This document shows, piece by piece, positions 28,430 through 35,745 of a DNA stretch of 63,544 bases (the stretch's first letter is position 1; every line of letters begins with the position of its first letter). The position numbers and the translations under genes were made by a program. The stretch comes from Candidatus Woesearchaeota archaeon (lineage in GTDB: Archaea > Nanobdellota > Nanobdellia > Woesearchaeales > GW2011-AR4). The notes beneath the pieces are model-generated. The model was not told the DNA's origin. It ran no database searches and was given only the letters and a program-made list of their open reading frames with translations. The stretch is from contig NZDH01000016.1 of the NCBI GenBank assembly GCA_002688775.1, positions 1 through 63,544 on the forward strand, read 5' to 3'.

Positions 28430-28852
28430 TTATGCTTGTGGCCGCCTTGCTGTATTGGTAAAATTAATTTGTCCGATAAGATTATCTGTCTTCAATTCAT
28501 AATCAGGGTAAGCTGCCTGGACAAGCTTCAAGAGATTTTGATAGATTCCACTACGGTATGAATATCCAGAAAAAAGCAAGGCTCGCCTCAATTGATTTGG
28601 TTCATCTTCAGATATAAGATAAAAATTTAATTCGGTTTTTCCGAACAGATCATACTTAGCCTGGCTAACCCCCCTTTCCATCTGGCCTCTCAGTATTGTC
28701 AATACAGTTCTAACCTCTTGGTGTGTTATGGCATCTAAAGTCTCTCTTGCTTCTTGGACTGTTGGAGTCACTTCCCCTATAAGAAAATCGATAAATCTGG
28801 GTTTTAATTTATGTCCGAAAAGTAATTCCCCAACATCAAGTTTTACCGCCAT
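28430..28852 (-). CDS. Foreign-composition hypothetical protein (140 aa)
   Basis: The ORF has a TTTATAAAA box about 30 nt upstream of the ATG. No family recognised. Confidence 0.55.
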   Translation of the reverse strand: MAVKLDVGELLFGHKLKPRFIDFLIGEVTPTVQEARETLDAITHQEVRTVLTILRGQMERGVSQAKYDLFGKTELNFYLISEDEPNQLRRALLFSGYSYRSGIYQNLLKLVQAAYPDYELKTDNLIGQINFTNTARRPQA

Positions 28853-28924
28853 TTAACCAACGGAGTATGGAGTTTATGGGGTTTTATAAAGATAGGGGGT
28901 GGTTTGTTTGAAGGGGTTTTAGAA

Positions 28925-29416
28925 TTAGAATCTGGTGTCGGCAACTAAATCGTCTATACTTTCGTAAGACCACCCAAACAATTCGGATAATCGTTGAAAA
29001 TTGGCAGATGATGGTAAACTTATACCTTGTAAGTATTTGTAAATCATTTTTTCGCTTAAGTCCATTATTTTGGCAAGCCAATAGTCCGATTTGCCTTTTT
29101 TTCCCAAACTATCCCTTAATAATGTACTAAAGGCAATATTTTCTGGTCTGGACTGTCTCTCAAGTGCTAAAGCTTCTTCATAATGGGCATCGGAGTTATA
29201 CCCTTTTCGTCTAGCCAGAGCGTCCCTATATTGGCTTCTGGTGGCAAAATTACTTCGCTTGAGCTGTCGTGGCCTTTCAACATACCTTCTTGCTGTACTG
29301 TATGATACCTTCAATTCATCTGCTGTCCCAACTAGAGTGCTACCTCCATCGTATATTCTCTGCATGCCCCGGATAGTTTTATAAGGGGTTTTATTATGGG
29401 GTTGCATAGTTACCAT
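28925..29416 (-). CDS. Foreign-composition protein with two HTH motifs (N-terminal resolvase/sigma-r4-like, C-terminal XRE-like)
   Basis: 163 aa. LVGTADELKVSYSTARRYV and YWLAKIMDLSEKMIYKYLQGISLPSSANFQRLSELFG. Confidence 0.6.
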   Translation of the reverse strand: MVTMQPHNKTPYKTIRGMQRIYDGGSTLVGTADELKVSYSTARRYVERPRQLKRSNFATRSQYRDALARRKGYNSDAHYEEALALERQSRPENIAFSTLLRDSLGKKGKSDYWLAKIMDLSEKMIYKYLQGISLPSSANFQRLSELFGWSYESIDDLVADTRF

Positions 29417-29490
29417 AATTTTTCGTAATGTGTATCATTTAATAAATATTACTGAAAAATAGAATTAGTTCATGTCTTTATAATCAACAG

Positions 29491-29688
29491 CTACTTTACC
29501 ACAATCTTGATCTTTTTTTTATCTCCTTCTTTTCTCAGGTTTCTTAACGTGTAATTCTTTATGTTGTTCGCCTTGGCCCACTTGTTTGCAGATTCTTCTG
29601 ACTTGAAGGCTTTGGGTCTTGATTTTCCCGGTACTATCCTGTCTACTCTCAACCTGTTTGAAAATAATCTGCATGCCATTTTGATCAA
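29491..29688 (-). CDS. Small basic hypothetical protein
   Basis: 65 aa, K/R-rich, immediately 3' of tRNA-Arg on the same strand. Confidence 0.35.
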   Translation of the reverse strand: MIKMACRLFSNRLRVDRIVPGKSRPKAFKSEESANKWAKANNIKNYTLRNLRKEGDKKKIKIVVK

Positions 29689-29721
29689 TATTTCTCTTTT
29701 GTTTTTAAAGGTTTGTTAAAA

Positions 29722-29807
29722 TGAGCCTGGAGGGATTCGAACCCCCACTGCCAGGTTTCATCTAAATAACCGAAGCCTAGTTTGCTATCCAGTTACAATA
29801 CAGGCCC
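29722..29807 (-). tRNA. tRNA-Arg (anticodon TCG) with a 13-nt intron at or next to position 37/38
   Basis: Minus-strand fold read by eye. Acceptor GGGCCTG/CAGGCTC. D stem TTGT/GCAA. Anticodon stem CTAGG/CCTGG enclosing 20 nt (CTTCGG + TTATTTAGATGAA + A). T arm GGGGG-TTCGAAT-CCCTC. 86 nt = 73 + 13. Confidence 0.8.
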
Positions 29808-29866
29808 ATGAAAATAACCCTAAATAGTTTAATATTTAAAACTATTTAAAATAAGAAAGAATTAGT

Positions 29867-30148
29867 TTACTGATTCCGGCCTAAAGTAATCTCGATTGAA
29901 GAAACTCTAACATCTTTTCCTTCGCTGTTTTGGAAACCTTCTGAGTCGATCTTTATGTTCTTGACTCCAACAGAATTCTCAAGAAATCTTTTTGATGAGA
30001 CTTCTGCAACATCAACAGCTCTGCTGATGAATTTTCCTCTTGCCTTAACAATAACTTCTTCAGCATTCTTTGTTGTGAACTGCATCACAACGCCTGTAAC
30101 ATAGTTCATGAAAGGCTTGCCGCCTATAAAAACACTGTTGTCGTTCAT
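29867..30148 (-). CDS. albA: Alba DNA/RNA-binding protein
   Basis: MNDNSVFIGGKPFMNYVTGVVMQF...VIVKARGKFISRAVDVAE... The ORF track extends to GTG 30193. Confidence 0.85.
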   Translation of the reverse strand: MNDNSVFIGGKPFMNYVTGVVMQFTTKNAEEVIVKARGKFISRAVDVAEVSSKRFLENSVGVKNIKIDSEGFQNSEGKDVRVSSIEITLGRNQ

Positions 30149-30253
30149 CTTTACTACCCCCGTTTCTTCGTTTATAGTTGACAATAAAACCACTAATCCC
30201 CAATAATCAAATAGTAGTGCAATAAATGTATATAAAGCTTTTGGAAACTTCCC

Positions 30254-31489
30254 CTATTCCTTGACAATCCTGGCCTTTAACACTTTTCTGCCCTGAACGT
30301 CTTCCATTACCACCTTGAAATTATCATGAGATATTTCTTCTCCAACTTGAGGGGCCCTTTTCAGTGATTTCAGGATAAAACTGTCCAGATTATCATAGTC
30401 TTTTGCTTTGATTGGAATGCCTGTTTTTTTATTTAACTCGTCAATTTCAGTTATGCCTTTTACAACCCACTGATTTTTCTCAATCTGGAACACATTCGGG
30501 TTGATTCTGTCGCTTTCGTCAATTATCTCGCCAACAATCTCTTCCAAAATGTTTTCTATAGTGACTAAACCGACAATAAATCCTTTTTCATCAGCCACAA
30601 TTGCCATATGCTCTTTTCTTTTTTGAAACATGTGGAGCATTGAGTCAATTTTTTTATTTTTGAATACAAAAAATGGCTCTCGCATAATATCCCCCACCTT
30701 AACATCCAGTTTTTTGCTTTTCAAATATTTTAAAGTATCTTTTAGGTTTAAAATTCCAACAATGTTTTCCCTGCGCTTGGTGTAAACCGGCAATCTTGAA
30801 TACATTTTAGCCATTGGAAGTTTCAAAACATCCTTAATTGCCAATTCTGAGTTCACTAAAACCATTCTTTTTTTGTCGGTCATGACATCCCCTACAGTAG
30901 TATTGTCGAAATCGAAAATTTTTTCAATCATTTTTTTCTCTATCTCTTTTATTGATCCTTCCTCTTCGCTTGTCTTGACTATTGTTTTAAGCTCTTCCTC
31001 TGATAAAATATGTGTTTTTTTACTTCCTATCAGCTTATTGAGCGCTTTAAGAAAAAAATCAAGCAGCTTAATCACAGGGTAAAGAACAATGCTCATATAC
31101 CAGATTATGCGTGCTGCAAACAGGGAAAATGCCTCATTGTTTCTTGTTGCAAGCGTCTTTGGAGTGATCTCTCCAAATATAAGCAGCAAAAATGTCATTA
31201 CACCTGTTGCAATCCCGACAGCATTATTCTGTAAAATAGTTATTGCTATTGAAGTTGCCATTGCTGCGGCAGCAACATTGACAACATTGTTCCCGATTAA
31301 TATTGTCGACAAGAGTGTTTCAGGATTATCCTTTAGTTTCTTGATATAAATAGCTCCAAACCTTTTCTTTTCCACCATGTAACGGACTCTAAACCTGCTT
31401 AATGACAAAAGAGCTGCCTCAGATCCTGCAAAGAAAGCTGACAATACCAAAAGAACAATTATGATGATTATCTGGGTTTCTAGAGGCAT
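30254..31489 (-). CDS. CNNM/CorB-family transporter (DUF21 TM domain, CBS pair, CorC_HlyC domain)
   Basis: 411 aa. N-terminal 4 TM, CBS pair, C-terminal transporter-associated domain. Confidence 0.85.
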   Translation of the reverse strand: MPLETQIIIIIVLLVLSAFFAGSEAALLSLSRFRVRYMVEKKRFGAIYIKKLKDNPETLLSTILIGNNVVNVAAAAMATSIAITILQNNAVGIATGVMTFLLLIFGEITPKTLATRNNEAFSLFAARIIWYMSIVLYPVIKLLDFFLKALNKLIGSKKTHILSEEELKTIVKTSEEEGSIKEIEKKMIEKIFDFDNTTVGDVMTDKKRMVLVNSELAIKDVLKLPMAKMYSRLPVYTKRRENIVGILNLKDTLKYLKSKKLDVKVGDIMREPFFVFKNKKIDSMLHMFQKRKEHMAIVADEKGFIVGLVTIENILEEIVGEIIDESDRINPNVFQIEKNQWVVKGITEIDELNKKTGIPIKAKDYDNLDSFILKSLKRAPQVGEEISHDNFKVVMEDVQGRKVLKARIVKE

Positions 31490-31500
31490 TTTAGTTACAT

Positions 31501-31830
31501 TTATGCAGTAACTTTTATTTTTTGTTTTTCAGATCGCTTTTTTAAGTCTTCTAAAATTAGTGCATCATCTATCTCAATTAATTTTTTAATTTTGATATTA
31601 TTTTTGTTTAGCTTGTATAATTTTGCTCTCCCAATAACCCTTGTTGGGGTTATAATCTTATTTTTTACTAAATCATCCCAAACCCTGTATAAGGTAGATC
31701 TGCCAATTCCTGCATTTTTTGCCATGTCTGTTATTGAGAAATCCAGATCCCGTTCTGTTAATAAGTAGTCTAAGACCCTTATAGTGGGTGACTCTCCCAT
31801 GAATTCTATAAATAATGATTTTGTTTCCAT
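31501..31830 (-). CDS. Winged-helix transcriptional regulator (paralogue of 13186-13515)
   Basis: From the internal ATG the product is 109 aa (METKSLFIEFMGESPTIRVLDYLLTERDLDFSITDMAKNAGIGRSTLYRVWDDL...KLYKLN), the same length as the paralogue. The ORF track extends to 31902. Confidence 0.6.
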   Translation of the reverse strand: METKSLFIEFMGESPTIRVLDYLLTERDLDFSITDMAKNAGIGRSTLYRVWDDLVKNKIITPTRVIGRAKLYKLNKNNIKIKKLIEIDDALILEDLKKRSEKQKIKVTA

Positions 31831-31845
31831 TTTTATTAGCTTATA

Positions 31846-31871
31846 TAGTAACTTATATTTAAATGTTACTA
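31846..31871. promoter_or_regulatory. Inverted repeat TAGTAAC-ttatatttaaat-GTTACTA across a TATA-like core in the divergent promoter of gene-pair copy 2
   Basis: Read directly from the sequence. Copy 1 has a different palindrome (AAAGTC-n10-GACTTT, 13557-13578) at the equivalent place. Confidence 0.4.
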
Positions 31872-31938
31872 TTTTGGGACAATATTGTATCAAAAGAAGC
31901 ACAATAACTTATATACTTATTGCCATTATAATCTATAT

Positions 31939-32205
31939 ATGAAATTTACAAAAGACGAAATCAAGAAAAGAGTAATCAATAAGCTTGTAAGATGGAGAAA
32001 GTGGGGCGGATCGCATACAGAGAATATCCTAAAAGGCTTGCCTTCTCATTTAAAAGGTGATAAAAATACAAAACAAGCATTGAAAGAATTAGAAAGAGAT
32101 AAATGGCTGATTCCTGCAAAGAAAACAGGAGAAATTCATTATTCACTTAATCCTGAAAAAACAAATGAAATTTTGCAATTCTATGAAAAATGTTGTAAAA
32201 AATAA
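31939..32205 (+). CDS. 88-aa conserved hypothetical protein (paralogue of 13580-13846)
   Basis: The ATG at 31939 gives 88 aa: MKFTKDEIKKRVINKLVRWRKWGGSHTENILKGLPSHLKG... Divergent from the regulator, as in copy 1. Confidence 0.5.
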   Translation: MKFTKDEIKKRVINKLVRWRKWGGSHTENILKGLPSHLKGDKNTKQALKELERDKWLIPAKKTGEIHYSLNPEKTNEILQFYEKCCKK

Positions 32206-32209
32206 TATT

Positions 32210-33868
32210 TCACATCTTCTCCAAAACACCAATCCCTAACAAATTCAATCCATTCTTTAAAACTTGCCTTACTGCAGATATCAATAATAATCTTGCGTCT
32301 TTTACTTTTTCTTCAGCCTTCAATATCTGGTGGATATGGTAGTATTCATTGAACTTATGCGCTAAAGCGTAAAGGTAAGATGCAATCAGATGCGGCCTTA
32401 ATTCTTTTGTTGCTTTTGTCACTGTTTCTGGAAAATTAGATAACAGCTTGATTAATTCAGTTTCTTCTTTTTCTGTTAAAAGTTTTATATTGGCTTTTAA
32501 ATTAATTTTATCCTTTTTTAATATGCTGCTTATCCTTGCATAAGCGTATTGTATGTAAGGGGATGTTTCGCCTTCGAATGATAAAGCTTGTTCCCAGTCA
32601 AAAATAACGTTTTTTTCAGGGCTTACCTTCAAAATGCCGTATTTTACAGCTCCGTAAGCAATTTTTTTTGCTACGCTTTCATCTGCTTTATCATATCGCT
32701 TCTTTAACTCTTCGCTGGCTTTATTAACTGCTTCTTTCATGAAATCTTCCAATAAGACAAGATTGCCTTTTCTTGTTGACATCTTGCCGTCCTGCAACAA
32801 GATAAAAGAATAATGAACAACTCTTGGCCACTTTAATTCAAGCTCTTTTAAAGCAGCAACTATCTGCTCTTCATAGAGTTTTTGATCTTCGCCAAGAACA
32901 ACAATATTCTCTCCTTTTTTTAATTTTTCAATGTTATAAGTTATATCTCTCAATGGATAAAGTGAAGTTCCATCTGCTCTTGTCATCACAAATACAGGAA
33001 CTTTCATTCCTAATCCATAGCCTTTCTGATCTAGAACCCATCTTTTGTATCCATCAATAAACAATTTTCCTGTTTTTTCAAGTCTTTTTAATGTTTTTTC
33101 AGTCTCTTTGCTCCACAAGTACTTTGATTCATAATCAAAAACATCATAATTGATATCGAGCTCTGAAAAGATTTTATTTTGCCCTTCTATGCATATATCA
33201 ACAACCCTTTCGAATTTCTTTTTTACTTCTTTATCCTGCTTTTCGAGCTTGTTCAGCAATTCAAATGCCTTTTTTTCTATTTCTGGATTTTTTTCAAGCT
33301 TTTTGTTTATTTCAACGTAAATGTCAAGTAAATTGTTGAAATTAATATTTTTCTTTCCTTCGGCGCCCAGAACAAGCAATGCAATTTGCTTCCCTACATT
33401 GTTAACAAAGTAATGTGATTCAACTTTATAACCCTGAAATCTAAGAATTCTTACAAGAGAATCACCAATAAAGGCATTTCTGGCCCTGCCGACATGAGGT
33501 GAAGCATTCGGATTTATGCTTGTATGCTCTAAAAGCAGTTTTTTGTTTTTTCCTAAATTACTTGAACCAAACTTATCTTCATGCTTCAGGATATCCTTTA
33601 TTGTTTCTTGTGATATTTTTTCCTTATTGATGAAGAAATTAAGATATGGTCCTAGAACTTTGACTGAACTGATCAGATGGCTTGATTTGAATTTGATGCT
33701 TAACTCTTGGGATATTTCATTTGGTGATTTCTTCCATTCTTTTGATAAGGAAAAGCAAGGAAAAGCATAATCACCCATTTCAGGCTTCGGTGGAATCTCT
33801 AGCTGAATATCATCTAATTTTGTCTCTTTTTTAAGAAAATTAATAATTGCAGCCTTAAATTTGTCCAT
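32210..33868 (-). CDS. argS: Arginyl-tRNA synthetase
   Basis: 552 aa. NPNASPHVGRARNAFIGD (HIGH-like), KMSTRKG (KMSKS-like), DALR-type anticodon-binding C-terminus. Confidence 0.92.
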   Translation of the reverse strand: MDKFKAAIINFLKKETKLDDIQLEIPPKPEMGDYAFPCFSLSKEWKKSPNEISQELSIKFKSSHLISSVKVLGPYLNFFINKEKISQETIKDILKHEDKFGSSNLGKNKKLLLEHTSINPNASPHVGRARNAFIGDSLVRILRFQGYKVESHYFVNNVGKQIALLVLGAEGKKNINFNNLLDIYVEINKKLEKNPEIEKKAFELLNKLEKQDKEVKKKFERVVDICIEGQNKIFSELDINYDVFDYESKYLWSKETEKTLKRLEKTGKLFIDGYKRWVLDQKGYGLGMKVPVFVMTRADGTSLYPLRDITYNIEKLKKGENIVVLGEDQKLYEEQIVAALKELELKWPRVVHYSFILLQDGKMSTRKGNLVLLEDFMKEAVNKASEELKKRYDKADESVAKKIAYGAVKYGILKVSPEKNVIFDWEQALSFEGETSPYIQYAYARISSILKKDKINLKANIKLLTEKEETELIKLLSNFPETVTKATKELRPHLIASYLYALAHKFNEYYHIHQILKAEEKVKDARLLLISAVRQVLKNGLNLLGIGVLEKM

Positions 33869-33901
33869 AAGAAATTAATAAGAAAGGTGGGATTTAAAGG
33901 T

Positions 33902-33956
33902 TTCGGAAAATAAAATTTTCCGAAGCCCAGCAAATTCATTGAATTTGCGTGGTTTT
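33902..33956 (-). repeat. Bipartite two-hairpin element, copy 1, immediately 3' of ribB
   Basis: Plus strand: TTCGGAAAA-taaa-TTTTCCGAA, GCCCAGC, AAATTCA-t-TGAATTT, GCGTGGTTTT. Same architecture and shared linkers (AAGCCCAGCAAA, TTTGCG(C)TGGTTTT) as 42242-42295. Confidence 0.6.
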
Positions 33957-33958
33957 GG

Positions 33959-34555
33959 TTATATATACTCAATTAAATCTTTCACACTAATTATTCTCAA
34001 ATTATATTTCTTAGCAAACTTTCTTAATTCCGCAATCTTCATCATCTTCCCATTCTCGCCGATTATTTCACAGATGACGGCAGCTGGATAAAGTTTTGCC
34101 AATCTACACAGTTCAATTGTCGCTTCTGTGTGTCCTGGTCGTTTGGTTAAGCCTTTTGAATCACATCTTAATGGAAAAATATGGCCAGGCCGTGCTAAAT
34201 CGTTTGGTTTTGTTTTTTTATCTATTAAGCCTTTGATTGTTTTTGCCCTGTCGTAAGCGGAAATTCCTGTTGTGCCTTTTTTTGAATCGACAGAAACTGT
34301 GAAAGCGCATTTTGTGAATTCTGTGTTTATTTTTGTCATCAAAGGCAGTTTTAACTCATCCAGCCTTTTCTTTAGCATTGGAACGCAGACTAAACCACGG
34401 GCATTCTTGATCATAAAGTTTATTTTTTCAGGAGTGGCTTTTTCTGCTACAAGAACTAGATCAGCTTCATTTTCACGATGTTTGTCATCGATAACAATAA
34501 CAAACTTGCCTTTCCGGAAGTCATTTACTGCAGATTCAATATTTGAGAATGTCAT
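33959..34555 (-). CDS. ribB: 3,4-dihydroxy-2-butanone 4-phosphate synthase
   Basis: FVIVIDDKHRENEADLV..., GHTEATIEL. Probable ATG at 34555; the ORF track extends to 34576. Confidence 0.9.
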   Translation of the reverse strand: MTFSNIESAVNDFRKGKFVIVIDDKHRENEADLVLVAEKATPEKINFMIKNARGLVCVPMLKKRLDELKLPLMTKINTEFTKCAFTVSVDSKKGTTGISAYDRAKTIKGLIDKKTKPNDLARPGHIFPLRCDSKGLTKRPGHTEATIELCRLAKLYPAAVICEIIGENGKMMKIAELRKFAKKYNLRIISVKDLIEYI

Positions 34556-34579
34556 TTTTAATAAAAAATATATCAAAAA

Positions 34580-35650
34580 TTAGATATGGGCTTCGATCAA
34601 CAAATCCTTACCTACCTTCCTTGTCTCAGGATGCTTTAGATTGATTGCCCTATTCACTTTCCTAATTCCAAGATTTCCGATTGCGCCAAGGCCGTTACCG
34701 ATTAATTTAGGAGCTGCAAATAAGTAAACTTTGTCAACTAAACCTGATAAAATTGCTGAGCTGTTTATTTCAGAGCCTCCTTCGATCATGACGCTCATTA
34801 TCTCCATCCTGCCGAGCTGTTTCATCAGATCTTCCAGATCAACCATACCTTTTCTTGATCTTGTTACAATAACCCTTACTCCTTTTTGCTGGAGTTTAGT
34901 TATACTTTTTTTTGAAGCGTGATTTGTGGTTGCAACTATAAGCTGAGTTGGCTCCTTCATCAGATTACAGTTCTTAGGAATTTTTAATTTGCTGTCAGCA
35001 ACAACTTTAAGAGGATCTTTGCCCTTGAATAATCTTGGAGTTAATCTTGGATTGTCTTTTAGCACGGTGTTTATGCCAACCATGATTGCGTCAACGCTGC
35101 TTCTTAATTTGTGGACATACATCCTTGCATCCCTGCTCGTTATATATTTTGAGTTGCCTGTTTTTGTTGCAATTTTTCCATCAACACTCATTGCAACTTT
35201 CATTATTACAAACGGTTTTTTTGTTCGAACGTATTTTATGTAAGCTTCGTTCAGTTTTTTTGCCTGTTTCTCAAGAATTCCTATCTTTGTCTTTAAACCG
35301 CGAAATTTTAGCTCTAGATGGCCATCAACATGTGAATTTGGATCCCTCATTCCGATTATTACTTCCCTAACTCCTGCTTCAACAATTTTCTCAGTGCAAG
35401 GCGGAGTTCTTCCCCAATGAGAGCACGGCTCCAGATTAACATACATTGTAGAATTAATGGCTTTCTTGCCAGCGTCATTCATTGCAAGAATTTCTGCGTG
35501 TTCTGTACCTGCTTTTTTATGATATCCTTTTCCGACAATCCTGCCCCTTTTCACTATTATGCAGCCGACCATTGGATTCGGACTTGTCAAGCCCCTGCCT
35601 TTTTCAGCAAGCTTTATAGTCATGTCCATGTATTTCTTGTGTGATATCAA
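34580..35650 (-). CDS. ribD: Bifunctional riboflavin deaminase/reductase (bacterial type)
   Basis: 356 aa. PNPMVGCIIV, HAEILA, PCSHWGRTPPC deaminase motifs plus a C-terminal reductase domain. Confidence 0.9.
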   Translation of the reverse strand: MISHKKYMDMTIKLAEKGRGLTSPNPMVGCIIVKRGRIVGKGYHKKAGTEHAEILAMNDAGKKAINSTMYVNLEPCSHWGRTPPCTEKIVEAGVREVIIGMRDPNSHVDGHLELKFRGLKTKIGILEKQAKKLNEAYIKYVRTKKPFVIMKVAMSVDGKIATKTGNSKYITSRDARMYVHKLRSSVDAIMVGINTVLKDNPRLTPRLFKGKDPLKVVADSKLKIPKNCNLMKEPTQLIVATTNHASKKSITKLQQKGVRVIVTRSRKGMVDLEDLMKQLGRMEIMSVMIEGGSEINSSAILSGLVDKVYLFAAPKLIGNGLGAIGNLGIRKVNRAINLKHPETRKVGKDLLIEAHI

Positions 35651-35745
35651 TTAAACCCCCTGATAAATCCGGGTAATTAGTATTTAATATTTAAATCTAA
35701 TCATTCTTTTAACACGATTGCAAGGTGGTGAAAACTTGGATTAAT

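Noticed and set aside
28853-28924. G-tract-rich plus-strand segments (also 19140-19225) considered as G-quadruplexes
   Set aside because: The loops are long and irregular. Read on the minus strand, these regions contain the TTTATAAA(A) promoter boxes of the downstream minus-strand genes, which explains them sufficiently.
28350-29721. Intact integrated provirus or plasmid at tRNA-Arg
   Set aside because: There is no integrase, replication or structural gene, and no visible duplication of the tRNA 3' half. At most it is a remnant, and it is reported as such.
35651-35745. FMN riboswitch upstream of ribD (also considered near ribA and ribB)
   Set aside because: The region is only 95 nt and AT-rich. 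It lacks the conserved FMN-element core helices. FMN riboswitches are also not expected in archaea.
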